Shown here piece by piece: positions 24,269 to 38,119 of a stretch of DNA of 64,000 bases (the first letter of the stretch is position 1; each line of letters begins with the position of its first letter). Location of the stretch: contig NW_027266265.1 in assembly GCF_022045235.1 (NCBI RefSeq), forward strand, positions 26,970,001-27,034,000. Direction: 5' to 3'. The DNA is from Haliotis cracherodii. Lineage: Eukaryota. The position numbers and the translations under genes are program-made. A model generated the notes under the pieces. It made no database searches. It was given only the letters and a program-made list of their open reading frames with translations, and had not been told where the DNA came from.

Positions 24269-27200
24269 TCAACCAACGATGAGTGTTCCCTCATCAGGGA
24301 AGGAATATACAGGGACCTCCAGGTTCAGTGGAGCCGGTCCTTTTCTGATTCTACCCGAGGCGTCGTAATGGGAGCCGTGGCAAGGGCAGTAATACCCGCC
24401 AAAGTCACCAGCATTGGCTATTGGAACGCAGCCTGAAACAGGGAGAATGTAAACATGATTACATGGTACAAGCAAGACAGAGAGACAGAAGTGATTTGTG
24501 AAAGTACCACTCAGAGTTCACTTAGTTTTTGAAATGTTGAATACAAGTTATAAGTTAAAGATAACCATGACTAGACCAAAACCATGTCTCACATGCATTA
24601 TTTTGACCAAGACAAGAAATGGGCACAAGACCGTTCAGCTTGGTTAGCAGTCCAACCACATCAGTTTTCAACTTGAACACTTTCACAGACAAGCATTTCA
24701 GTTTGATTTGCCGAGATTTTGGTTGTAATGATAAGTACCAAACCTTTAACCTGGGGTGACCATTTCATAATTAAATCAACATTTTTCGGGACAAACTGCT
24801 ATGGCCAAAAATAATGCAGTGTCCTTTAAGCTACTTGGGTACTAGTTTTTAATGCAAATTCCATTATCAGTAGGAGTGTTGAAGTGATGAAGAGACAGTA
24901 TGTACTGTTCAGTTTCAAAAGAAAAGGCCATAACCAGTATTACAACATCTTAATTTTGTGACAATGTATTCATTACATTTATTCTCAAGTTGGCAACCTT
25001 TAGAAAACGAGTTGGCTGAGAAGGATCAGTTGAAAAGAAAGAAGCAATAATGCGTGATGGGGAGGAGGGTAAGGGCATTACAATCTCACTGTTCGGAATC
25101 AGCAGTGCTTACAATTATAACATCAAATTAGATGAATCATGTGCTCACCTAAATGTGTACAAACACCAAGTAAAACAAGCCACTCCGGGTTGGTTGTCCT
25201 CTCGTTGTCATGTTCAGCATGTCGCAAAGTGCCGAGATCAACGCCCTGCTCCACTTCAATCTCCTCAGAGGTACGATGTCTGACAAACAGAGGCTTGCCT
25301 CTCCACTTGAAAGTGACATTCTTTCCCTCTGGAATTTCAGATAGCTTGATCTCGATCTTGGCCAAAGCCAATACATCAGCTGATGCGCTGAGAGTGCTGA
25401 CGATGTCTGTAACGATGTTCTTAGCAGCATATGCAGCAGTCACACTGCCACCTTGATAGAAGAGAACCACATACAGTCAAGTCTCGTTAATCCAACAATC
25501 GGCTTTATCCGACACTAATGATGTGAACCGATTAAATCAGTGCTATTTAGACCCGTTAATCTGACAGCAACGAATTACCCAAATCACTCATTAGTCTGAC
25601 AGTGATGAGCCTACTCCGTGGTAATCTGCCCGCGAGTACACAGCCTCGTGTTTTGATGCAAGATGAGTCAGCTAGTAGCTGCACATTTCAATGACTGCAG
25701 AAATAAACTTGCCGAACAATAAACAATTAATGTTTTAAATAAGCAAAACAGGATTAACTACATGCTAAGATTACCTCAATCTCATCAAAATGACCTTTCG
25801 CAAACTTTGACCTACCAATGAAATGACTACAGGAAGTCAAGAGTAGTACTCATGACTAAAGAGGCCAAGGTAAAACACTGAGTGGTACGTTCACAAATGG
25901 TCATGATGATAAGTTATTGGTCTCAATGATGTAAGGAGGATAACTCTCGTTCCAAGAAGTTTGAATTTTCTTTATTCGCTAGTGAATCAGATCGATGTCT
26001 TCATCAGTTGTAAGTTGTTATGGTTATGTAGGAAAGTTATTAGAATGACATGTGTCAGTTATATTTATGGATGCTCAAGAGTGAGTGAGTGAGTATGTTT
26101 TACGCCGCATTTTAGCAATATTCCAGCGATATCACGGCGGGGGACGGATGCTCAAGACTAACATTCACTTGAAGTAGTAAGTTCTATTGGCTATCATCAG
26201 TCAAGTGACCCCTCCTAACTAGACCAAAGTAACCCAGTTTAACAGCGAGAAGAAACTGTGAGATGCTGTGCCCCTTGCATAGGACAATCCCCCTTCCTAA
26301 CCCCCCATTTCTAGGTCACCTTAAAGCATACACATAGCTATTATCCACACCAAGACAAATATACTTATTTACCTCCAACAATCATGTAAGTAAAAGACCG
26401 TCGAGCAACAACTGAGTTCTGTGAGGACTGGTGACTATCCTTGACTCCATCACGACGATAAAAAGAGAAGTCAGGGACTGGGATGTCTGTGTGAGCAAAC
26501 CTCACTTGATTTGAAGCTGAAAATGACAAAGCAGTCATGAACAATCAGTTGTTAAGTACACTGATAAAACTTGAATCAGACTTGCATCTAGATATAGACT
26601 GATTCATAAACACATTATAAACATTATTAACGAAACTTGCACAAAAGAAGAAAGGATATTTAGTCTATAAACCGAGCTCCAAAGACTGCTTGGAATCATG
26701 GAGTAGTCACATAGGTATTGATAGTTTTCTTTGGATATTCAATATATCTTTAATCCCTTGGGTCGAATCTGTAGAGGTGCAATGATATCGAACACCACAT
26801 CATGATACATAACTCAATACTCCAGAATAACAACACAAGGCAGGAACTGAAATACTTGTTTCTTTCAGCTGAGTGAAATATGGCGACAAACTGTTTCTTC
26901 CTTGTTAACTAAATCCATCACAAAAAAGAAATAAGAAGCTCAAATGATCAAGTAAAATATACTATTTTGTATCGTCATGTAGCCCTATGTATTGTGGATA
27001 GTATTGAAGACCACAGATCATGGTGCATCGGAGTTCCAGTGTATAGTTTCTCCCTTGCCAGTATTTTGGGTATTTTTAAACCAATATGAAGACATGTGTT
27101 TACGCAATTCCACATCAAATGCAGCTCACAACAAAAATACAGTTTTAAGTTACAATAAGTGAGATGTAGCACTTTTGCATGATTCACTGCAGTAGCATTC

Positions 27201-28765
27201 ATATTTACATGGTGCCCACATTGCATCAGTAAATAATTATCTATAAAGACACACGGTTATGCAAGACACTGTTATATGGGTTGTTTTTTTTATAATTTTT
27301 AATGAATATTAGCACACAAACAAGCAACCAAAAATTCATTGAATTCAGTTTGTGTATTTTATGTGAAACACCTAAAGAATACCAAATACCTATCTGCCAT
27401 GATTGTTTTGATGTTTCTAATATAGCAGCACATGACAGCTTGACCATAAAATGGGTGATGAAGCTCAAAATAAGCAGAAAAATGGTTTCATATGATTAAA
27501 CCTTAAGACTGAATATCGCAGCAATTCATAAACATCAAAAATTGGACATGAACAAATATTACTCAAAATAGAAGTTCCATAATGGCATGCATCAACTTAA
27601 TCATTGACATCCATCAGAGAAATATTCCAACAAACACTGAGTAGTATTTTAGACACTTAATAATGTTAATTATAATAGTATTTGTTTCAGGTCATGGTGG
27701 GGGGCAAGCCCCCAAACCCTGTAGTTGTAGTTGACTAAAAATATTGGCAAAAACATAGAAATCGTTACTAAGGAAAAGCTTGTGCACATTCCTTATCAAT
27801 ATGGTGGAAGGTATCTGGCATTCTGTATTCTAGCCAAATATGCCGCATAATTCTAGCTCTGTGTCAATATTTTGGACCTTACTGAAAAAAGTTTCACTAA
27901 GGATCCATAACAGGATTAGGCCCAAGATTAAAATGATTAGGTCAGGGCTGGGACGAATCCAAATTTACTATCCAGGTACATGCCCCCCTATTACCCGACC
28001 CTACCTGAGTACCCTGTAGGTCTCAAAAGTTAGGTACATTGTGTCCCATTGGGAACTGAATTACGAGAGCCCTGGCAAAAACAGTTTAGATACATGACAA
28101 AACGATCTGATCATGCAAGCAGTAAAGTTGACTGAAGCCTAATCTTTACTCAAACACATCATATAGTCAGAAAGAAAGGCGAAATCAGTAGGCCTAACTT
28201 ATAGTGTAACCATGGAGTTTTATTGTTATTGTCATCAGTACCTGAGTTACCCGTCCGTGCCCTAGATTATGTATATAGATACTTCAATCAAGGTGTCAAT
28301 ACCGTATATTAATTTATTGTACTGATTAATTGTAAAGCTATAGGCCCTAAGATAGTTTTACTTAGATCTGCCTTACGAGGGTATGTCTGCAACTGGTCAA
28401 CATGGGGACATGGTTAAGATTCAAACGTTACACAATAGAAGTCATGCATATATCATGAGTATCTATGAATAGTTTCCCTTTCATTTGATTGTACACTTAT
28501 CTTTTAGTTATCGACCCCGAGTTCCGTTGGTCTATATCGATAGCAATATCGCGTTCTGATCATACTCACAAGCAAGTCCTGATGTGGCCCGCAACGCATT
28601 TTTCGGAAGCAGGTCTGACATTGAGAAATGTGTGAGCGCTGTTTTAGGCTGCCGAACAACATATTTTTCGCCTTTTTGAACAACACCTGGAACAGATGCT
28701 CTTACCGCATTAGGAACTACCTGCGAAACTGCAGAGAGAACCGCAGATTTAGGGATAGATATCAT
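24269..28765 (-). CDS. UQCRFS1: Cytochrome b-c1 complex Rieske iron-sulfur subunit, mitochondrial, 4 exons, 268 aa
   Basis: Exons 28765-28570, 26516-26373, 25451-25149, 24432-24269 (807 nt, consistent phases). Basic presequence, then [25 protein letters not shown], the Rieske motifs CTHLGC and CPCHGSHYD, and GPAPLNL. Confidence 0.98.
25474..25838. mobile_element. Truncated inverted copy of the 1708-2521 pogo-like element, in UQCRFS1 intron 2
   Basis: TA|CAGTCAAGTCTCGTTAATCCAACA... matches the reverse complement of ~2060-2521, e.g. AGATTACCTCAATCTCAT and CCCGCGAG.ACACAGCC. Confidence 0.8.
26081..26145 (-). mobile_element. 5'-truncated SINE (tail module only) with 12-bp TSD
   Basis: (GAGT)n plus TTTTACGCCGCATTTTAGCAATATTCCAGCGATATCACGGCGG. 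TSD GGATGCTCAAGA at 26069-26080 and 26146-26157. Confidence 0.9.
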
Positions 28766-30301
28766 TTTGGTGGTGACTTTCACCCCGTCCCCAGAAATTT
28801 ACGAAACTTGTGGTAAAGGACGTTTTACGTCACAAGTAAATCAAGCTGTTTGCCTCACAACTCTTGCAGCGTTTACTCGACCTCTGTTGACATAGCTAAA
28901 TATTTCCTCTGTTTTCATATTTCGCGTTGTAAGTGTTTCCTCGACAACCATTTGTAATCACAAAACGGGTGTTTTACACGTGATAAAAAAATGAAAGACT
29001 ATCAATGAGGGAAATATACAAGAAGAATCTAACATTAGGCCTCTAATTCCGTACAACGAAAAGATGACTTTGAACCCACATATAATAACACAAGACCGTA
29101 CCAGTGAGAATTATTTCTGTAAATATAAAGCTAACCGTTTCCAAAAATAGCCAGGTCACTTTCTGAAACAATGGGATATTGCATAAAGGTTTGAATGAAT
29201 TACGTAGGTTTAAGAAAGAATCTCTACCAAACAAGTACATGGATATTTATCTATTTAATACTTTTTCTTGAAAACAAGTAACATCATGCATGGTTTAATT
29301 TATGTGTGTATATACAAGTACACTAACTAGTTCATATAACGTTTACTCCCATGGGCAGTCCGGGTTTGGAATGGTCCCCAGTAGCCTTTCTAAATGGTAA
29401 ATCCATGGGTGTATAGTAATTCTATCCTGAAAATAGGCGAGACTAGGTAAGTGGACAGTCTAATGAAGTCAGTTTCTTATAGGAACAACATGTTGTTATT
29501 ATCATTATTTATTTAATCTAGAAATTATGATTGCATAATTATTGCCTTATAGACTTGTGCAAGCCTGGGTCCCCATCAACTGGGCGGGTTGCGGTAAATT
29601 CGTAGACACAACACGTAAACACAATTTACAGTGAATTCGTAGAATAACCGGGAGAGAACCGGTGTAATGAGAACAGTTATCTAACGTACATTAATCTGAC
29701 AATGAAGTGTGTATGTGAAATATATGCATGGCGCGCAGTATATTATTTATTTCCCTCTCTGTCTTTTTTAGTTATCTCTAAAATTGCCAGTAGCAATAGG
29801 TTTACCATGCCAACCTGAAGAGATTGATGTGCAAAAGATATGAAATACCAACCGACTGACTTTGAATTTATTCAACGATAACATGGTAGCTCTATCACAC
29901 TTGTTTCTGCAAAGATTTCTATATAAACACGAAAGTTTCGTTCATGGACCAAATCATATTTTAACATCAAATTCGTGTCACCAGAAGGAAATATCTGCAT
30001 GCAAGATTGTTCAATTCTACCAGAAACACGGTTACTATCTGAAAGAAAAACATGAAATGAAACGTGTTTGGAATTAGTCTGTAGGCGAATACAATACTTA
30101 TTGCCGTGCGTTGTTCTGTATGTCGCACACAAGTCAAAGGTATATGATAATAACTAATTTTAACATTCTTTTTTTTAATACACATAAACATTATCTCTCC
30201 GATTTCCGAAACATCCATGTCGAGCTCTAATTATTCCCTAGCAGCTACAGAAAAAAGTGTTTGCTATTGCGACATTGTATTGAATTACCGATCCTGCGCA
30301 G

Positions 30302-30322
30302 TGCATCATGGGAGTCTGGTAC
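30302..30322 (-). promoter_or_regulatory. ZNF143/Staf (SBS)-like promoter element upstream of the chromodomain gene
   Basis: TGCATCATGGGAGTCTGGTACT; the reverse complement ...CTCCCATGATGCA matches the TCCCAnnATGC SBS consensus. It lies just before the ATG at 30331. Confidence 0.5.
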
Positions 30323-30330
30323 TTTCAAAA

Positions 30331-33300
30331 ATGGCGAGCTCAGATAGCGAAAGTGCTTACGAGGTAAACCTTTATTTTAATACTTCTCGGGCAACTGAGT
30401 TTTTTGTTTCGTTTGAAAATATCATTTTGTTGTTACTCCTACTTAATTTTGTTTGGCATACGGCAGATCAATTCTTATTACTTGGTGAGCATGTCAATGT
30501 TTACGACTAAGTAGAGTGTGGTTTCGATTTCCGCATTGTGCGTCTTCACAGAGTCAACAAAAGAACCGTCTCGTAAAAAACACTGTAAGTTACTGTTATC
30601 AGTTAACGAATTCATAGTATGTAGCATTGTAACTTTCTGATGGTATTAAATCTGCTAAGTAAAGGATCACGCCTAGAGCCGATACCAATATTTCTTACTT
30701 GTCGAAGAAGCCACTAGGCTACCATGTTCCCCAAGTGTTTATACAGGCCAAGCGCACAGGGCTTGTCGCGATCATGCGGTATCCATTACTTTAACTACCA
30801 GCCACCTGCGCTTCAAGTGTGATGGTGATCAAACATGCATGTCAAAGGTTAGGCTCTACATAAAGGTCAGGTTAACGCTTAAGAGTATTGTTTACTTAAT
30901 GTTTTAGAGAAGTGGGAAAGATGATGTTTGAAATCGCAATATTAGATAGAATGTAAAGTGCAATGAAATAGAGATTTTGTGTTTGTATGTTCACACACAC
31001 CTTAGGGATACACCAGTATGCATTTTACCGGAACCTACCCACCATGTTTACTTTATGTCATTAATATAGCCAAAAACATAGCAGCATTACAATTTGAAAA
31101 AAAGATGATAAAGCTCAAAATACGCAGAAAAGAACTACTTGCATGGATGGAATATGAATAGCTATGAATAAACCTCAGAATTAAATACCAAACTCAAAGC
31201 AATTCATGAGTATTGAAAAAAAGTAGACATCCAAAATATTTTAAAAAGTTAAGTAATGGTGTGAGACATCAATCAAGGGGTGTTTCTTGAAATGTGGATG
31301 TCACTGCTGATGAGGTTTCCGCACATCATTATGCTTAGATCTAACTTCTATTTTCAATCAATATTGCTATGTTCAGGGATGTCAAATCTCCGCGGAAACG
31401 CGGAAAATCGTTTTTTAAAACAGTAGTCCTCGGAAAAAATCATCTTCCGCGTAAAAATTTAATAAGATTTAAAAAAAAAACTCCCTGAAAAATATGATCG
31501 AAAACCGGACAGTTTGCGCGGATTGTCCTGTTTTCGATCAGAGCTTTCACCAACATAGATTTTCGGACATCATACGTTTTCTGTCACGAATACTTGCACT
31601 ATAACGTGGGGTGTGGCGTCACACAGAAATTGTAAATACTCAGTCAGCTGATGGCTTGTTTTTAAGACAAAGTGGTCTTTTAGCCTGTAAGTGAATGAGA
31701 TGTTTTACAGTTGTTCATGTGATAAGCGAGAAAACTATGAATGTTTCTTCAGCGTCCGAAACCCCATGTCATGGGGATATATGTTGTATTAATGTCTTAT
31801 GTTTGCAATGGAGTTTTGTTTTTTTTCATCAAAAGGTAAGTACAAGGTCAGTTTTTTTCAATATGCTTCAACATGGGGAAAGGGTCAGACATTGCACGCT
31901 TATGACAGTTGTCCTTGTGTCTGGGGGATGGGGGTTGAAGTTTATGTCAGTATTGCTCCGTGAAAGCTATGCCCGATTTTTTAAAAGTACTGATTAAACT
32001 TCGAAATTTTACTGCATCTGCCATCTTGTTTATTTGACTTATTGACTTTTGCCATAGACTTATTACATTTCTTGTTGCGAATGTTGTCCAAACTGCAAGA
32101 AATTGCTTAAAATGCAATCAAATGTTTTAAAAATTTCTGGGGGGGGCATGCCCCCAGACCACCCTAGACTTTTCCTCTTTTTTTCGGGAAAACCTGCTCA
32201 CATCCCTGATTTCAGGAGATTGTTGTATTGTGACATCCCTTCCTTTTAGGAACATCACTATATGAGGATGTCAGTTAGCATAATATAGTGTCTGATGGTT
32301 GGTAACGTAAGGGTTAGGTGTAAAGTATTGAACAGGGGAATGTTGGCATTTGAAACTGAAAAGTTTGGTCTAATACTGTTTTAAAAACAGGATACAATTT
32401 TAAGATCCATTCTCACAACATAAACACTTAGTACAAAACGTTAAACAATAACTAGAATTCATCTATTACTATGCAGGTGGACCAGATCTTGAATCAGAGG
32501 AAGAGGAAAGGTGTTTTGGAGTACTTGGTGAGATGGCGAGGGTTTGGGAAGGAAGAGGACAGCTGGGAACCTGGCAAGAACCTCTCAAACTGTGCCGCTG
32601 CCATGGCTGCATACATCAAGCTAACGGTAAGGGGATTTATGTCTCACGGAAGTAACTTCTGTGGAGCTAGTGTTAGAAATAGATCAAAATCAAGACTTTT
32701 GTTTCATTTGTATACTCATAGACTTCTCAGTTTTGTTAGATGAACATTTGGTCATAAAAGTCCCCTAAATTCATGCAGATTTTTGCAATTAATTATCAAA
32801 GTCAAGACTGTTTGTTAAACTTGTGTTAAAGAAATGAAAAAAAACAAGATTCAAAGACTGAAAATGAAACATGCTGAAATAATTATCAATACTATTGTAG
32901 CAATACTATAGAGTACATACAGTAATTCCCGCTTTAGTTTTGTCAATCTTAAATCCACTCATAGGCGCCAGCTAAAGCTCAGAAGAAGTCTTCGAAGTCA
33001 AGATCACGGTCACGGTCAAGGTCAAGGTCAAGGTCTCGATCCACCAGCCGAAGCAGAACAACAAAGTCAAAGAGCAGTCGACCACAAACCCCGACAGCCC
33101 TCAGTAGAACTCCTAGATCCAGGTCACGGTCATCATCGCGGGGGAGACAAGCCAAACAGCCAGAAACTCCACCACGACAGTCAAAAAGGACAGAAGTTGT
33201 CACAAAAACTTCTACAAACAGAACTCCAGGCAGAATTGAAAGGACGACAGAAGTTGTCAAAGTGAGTTCCTATAGGATGCAGTTGTTTGTTGGTAGATCA

Positions 33301-35751
33301 ATCAGGGTTTGGACAAACATGAAGAGTACTTGAACTTGAACTTGGATTTGTATTAAGAGGTTTCAGAAGGTGCTATAATTTAAATAGCAAAATCCCCTTG
33401 AAATATTTACAGAAACAGTTTTCAATCTAATGTCACGGCTTTGTTTACTTCCCTGTCAACATTACAACTGGGTAAATAAATCCCATGGCAGTGCTATTAT
33501 CAGAATTAGTCCAGTATCAGTAGCAGCTGTGTAGCCTCATTCTGACCAATATTGAAAGGAGGTCATGTGGTCCCATTAACCGATACGTTTGTTTTGAATG
33601 CACTTAGACAGGATCATTTAAGTTTTGTGTTGAACCGTGCATATTACCACATGGTGTAAGCATTAAAAATTGTTGCACATGTCGAGGTAGAGAAATACGG
33701 TGCAATATTTGTGATGTAGAAAGGAGAGAGACATAAATCTGATGGGGAATGGTATCAGGTTATTAGTTTTGGAATACCTGATGCTCTAAAACTGTCAAAG
33801 TGTTGATGTTAAAAGTACTTCATGTTAATTTTTAAATTGGTCGAATATCAATGCATATAAATTTTCCTTGAAAATGTTTTTGACCTTGAAAAATCCAGCT
33901 TGAATTTTGAACCCTGCCAATAAACACTGCAACTGACACTGTTCAGGCTATCTCAGTATCTGTCACACAGTGTAAACAAACAAGGTATTTTAGCATCATA
34001 CTCACAGAATGTGTCCATGAACATCTTACTGTGCATGTAAATAGTTATCAGATCATAAAACTGTTCTCTTTTTGGCTATTAAGATACAGTGTTTGGTGTT
34101 TTGATGAAAATTTGCAAATGATTTCAAACCCATGAAACTTCTTGGCATACAAGCAGTTAAAGCTTTGCATATATTCAAACTAGCTGCTTATTTAAAGGCA
34201 TAAATGGCATTGCAAATGATAGAATCATTCAGGGTACATGAAGGAAAGTGAGTGAGTATGGTTTTACGTCACTTTTAGCAATATTCCAGCAACATCACAT
34301 GGGGAGACACCAGAAATGGGCTTCACACATTGTACCCATGTGTGGAATCAAACCTGGGCCATTACCCTGAAAAGTTAGCTTGTGAACACCCTTAGTCAAC
34401 AGTGTTTCTTATATGACTGATAGAAATTCCTTCTTCCTGTTGAAGCAAATACGAGACGACTCGAGGCCGTCTGAGGTGAAGACAACACGTGTTGTACAGT
34501 CTCGGATAGAGGTGAAGACGATGGAGGACAAAGTTGACGGGAAGCCTGTGGCTGCCTCACCACAGCAAGGTATAGGCAATAGCCTGTACACTCTGTGGCA
34601 GACGGCTGACACGGCAGTCCTCATTCTGTTTGTCTGTGTCTCCATCATTGTTCTCAGCTATGTTGTGGAGAACTACTGCAGGTACGTGCACACATACATT
34701 ATGCTTTCATTAACCATGTAACACTGTTTTAGCGTATCTGAAAGTTGACTGGTCATATGGAGTAATATGATGTATCGTAGTCGAGAACAATGCCATATGA
34801 TGTCACCAAAACAATATATTCACTGAAACAGATTGGTGAAAAGTTGGTCATGAGTCTCTTTTTGGAGCAGGGCACTTAATACAGCGAATGCAGTATCTAG
34901 AAACATGAAAATCAAACATGTAATACTTTGATCTGAAATATTGTACTAGCCTGGACAGGTTTTGTTTCTATAGCACAACAGTATGTTAATGCATCGTGTA
35001 TAACCGTGTACAAGTCAGTGCAAGTCACACCAGTTGTTGATACCATGAGTCAGGGTACATGTAAAGCAATGGACGTTGTCACCAAGCCTTGCCACCATAT
35101 CCATTTTAGTTGCCTGCTGCAAGTAGTAGAATGCTGTTTGACTTGTCACAGATATGATTCCTCATAGAATTCTTTCAAATGGGCCGTGGAAGTGGTGGGG
35201 GTAGCCTGGTGCTTTACGCATTTGCTCATCACATGTAAGACCTGGGTTTGATTCCCCACATGGGTACATTGTGTGAAGCCCATTTCTAGTAACCCACAAG
35301 TTGTGGAGCCGCTCCAAATGGTCGTGTGCAGTTCTTTTGACACGTGTCATGAAATGGATACGGGTCGAGGTCACAAGAAAAATGTTTGTGGTTACACTTT
35401 TCTTCCAAAAGTATGAATGGCATTATCATTAACTTGGTATGTACTTTCTACGGGATGGAACCCTGCTAAGAAACGGATTTGGAAAAATATAGGTCCAGTG
35501 TCAAAGTCACCTTTCAGGTGTTAGAAGAACTTTGTATTTACTGTAGTAAATGGTTCAGGTTTGTTTCACATTGAAGCTCAAATTTATATTGCAGCCCATC
35601 TGAAATGTGGAAGTTTCTAGTTGGTCTATACACATCTGTAATTGGAGCTGTTGTTGCTGTGTGGCAGTGTGTGACGAGGTCATCGGTAAGGGTTTTGGAG
35701 ACAGCAGCAAACTTCACCCGCAACAGTTGGAAGAAGGTGACCACCAATTAG
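30331..35751 (+). CDS. Uncharacterised 290-aa protein: N-terminal chromodomain, RS-dipeptide region, two C-terminal hydrophobic (transmembrane) segments
   Basis: Exons 30331-30363, 32477-32626, 32965-33261, 34446-34681, 35595-35751 (873 nt, GT-AG, phases 0/0/0/2). Chromodomain: YEVDQIL...EYLVRWRGFGKEEDSWEP..NL. (RS)7 at aa 74-87. Hydrophobic segments AVLILFVCVSIIVLSYVV (aa ~217-234) and FLVGLYTSVIGAVVAVWQCV (aa ~246-265). Confidence 0.85.
31374..32208. mobile_element. Probable hAT-like non-autonomous element in intron 1 of the chromodomain gene
   Basis: Short TIRs CAGGGATGT ... ACATCCCTG and a subterminal GGGGGGCATGCCCCC hairpin. No clean TSD seen. Confidence 0.45.
34248..34358 (-). mobile_element. 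tRNA-derived SINE copy (same family as 6548-6718)
   Basis: GTGAGTGAGT...TTTTAGCAATATTCCAGC...GACACCAGAAATGGGCTTCACACATTGTACCCATG. Confidence 0.85.
35190..35290 (+). mobile_element. tRNA-derived SINE 5' half
   Basis: GGGTAGCCTGGTG...CTGGGTTTGATTCCCCACATGGGTACATTGTGTGAAGCCCATTTCT. Confidence 0.8.
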
Positions 35752-38119
35752 ACCAAGAGGGAGCTCTCTCAGGCCACAGCGGCCTCTAGTGCAGACATTC
35801 GTAGATGTGTGTACCTTATAGCAGGGACAGTGACTCGACTTCAGCAGGCAGAAGTTGTAGCATCTCCACATTCAACAACGCAACACATGAAATCAGGATT
35901 GGAATTGTCAAATTGTGCATTTTCACTTTTTATTGAAGTCATGAAATTTGTATTTACAGTGGTTGCTCTGACGTTTCAGTCTGGAATCTTATATCTCCTG
36001 ATTCTTTTTAAGTTTTAAACAGTTTTTTTTTTTAAAGAATAGCTCTTCAACGGGTCGCTTTAATTTCTACTTGTTGAATAAATATGATATTGAAATATTT
36101 TACCAGTTAAACTGTAAGCTCAAACTATATGTGAGATTCCATATTAAGCTATTCTATATTTCCATTCTTAACATTCCCATCATTTTAATTCTGCATGGAC
36201 CAAAGAAAGAGTTACCTCCCCTTACATGTCAAACCAAGCTTCAGACTGAAAGCTTCTGTCTAGTATTGTTTATCAAAACCAGATATTTTTTACCATTTGT
36301 AGCGCCAGTTTGGATGCAGCATTGGATAATGAATTTGTACAGTGAGGACACTTTGTATAGGAGGAATTAATGGATGTTCATCGTTGTTGGCATGTGTACT
36401 TAGAATGGGCTTCCTCAAGCTATTTTTATATTCTTACTTGATCTAGTCTTAGCACGTAAATTTCAGCCTTGCAGAATGTTATAATATTTATGTAGTTTCT
36501 AGATCATTGTGTTTAGATTTTGTGTAATTTTTGCTTTACAAGTATAATGTGTACAAAATCAGAAGTGCTATCAATTTATTTCTCTGAAATAGGCAGCATT
36601 TGACAATTATATGCTAAATCATGTAGATGGAATCAACACAAATCATGAAACACTTGACACGAAAAGAACACCAGTTTTGCAGCTAATCATACCATGATAA
36701 ATTGAAAACTTTTGACTAGAAACAGTATCTCCTTTGTAATGAGGGTAGTTGTTCTACACTTATATGGTTTGGAGATGAAATGTTACTGAATATGTATGCA
36801 AACAATATGCATCCAAGATATTTTCACATTATTCCACTTCATACTAGAAGTTCACCAACTGTCACGTATGTAGATCCATGGTAGAGGAAACACACAGAAC
36901 AGTCCTTCTCATCTGTGGAGGAGACATTACTACAGAAATGAAGGTGTACTACCTGATGATGGTGTTCTTGCTCAGAGGTTCATGTTTAATCAATGTCATC
37001 TTTCATTTCATTTAACCACTGTAAGTGGAGTTTGTCTACCAAATATGTGTTCTTTTACATACTTCGCTCTCATGAAATGAATTTAGCATTTTTAAGACTT
37101 TTAACTTTACATAGCCATGTTTTACATAACTGTATTAATTATCCTGCATGCTCTTACTACTCAATAATTACTTTTGGTCATAATGTTGTCACTAGTTTTA
37201 ATGTTTCATTTCATTTCTCATCTAAATCATCTTGATTTTCAATGAAAATTGTGCCAAACATTTCAAATTTCAACCTCTTTGGTTTTATTAGATTTTTAAT
37301 TCATGTGTTGTGTAAACTGTATTTAGAAGTATTCGGACAATGCATATGAAGGATATGCAAATACTATGATGTAGTGCTTCAGGTTATAGCTTGTATGTAC
37401 TATGTACTGCCTCCTGCAGACAGTGTAGATTGCAGAAGTCAAGTTAGTGGCTTTTGAGCTGAACATTTATTCTTGAATGTACTAGAGGATCATGAAGTGA
37501 ACACAGTGTGCAACAAGTCAGCAGCCAGACATGGCCTTCATAATGGGCAGCTAAGAAGTGTTCATGAACATGCATCTGTAACCTTGTAGCACTGTTTCAC
37601 CAAAACTCAGTATGCAGTGATGTGACGTAGATGTGCCTACATATACTAATAAAACAAAACAAATTTGTAAGTTCTTGACTCTTATTTCTATTCAAAGAAA
37701 ATGTCTCACATTGAGTTATAAAAAAGGAGTTCAATTACCCAGAACCTTGTGTTTAATTCAATACAATTGTACTTAGCTCAACATTTTCATGTTTGATCTC
37801 AGATGTGATGTGTTGTAGTTGAGAATGAGAAATGAGTCAATGTTTTAATTTATCCTGCATTACTCCTTAATGCATCTTCTGCTTACCTTATAACAGAAAT
37901 GAAGCTGTATGACATTCTAGGCTGAAGAAAAAAGTCTGAAGCCTGACCACATGACCGAACGGAAGTGACGCACTGACATGTATGACCCTGATTCAACCTT
38001 TACAGCATAATAGTTGTGTAACCAAAGTGAAAATTTGGTCATTGTGCCATAAAACTCACAGTAGGTGCAATACTGGAAAACCATATGTTAGACCCCGCCG
38101 AACACAATGTTTCATCTAA

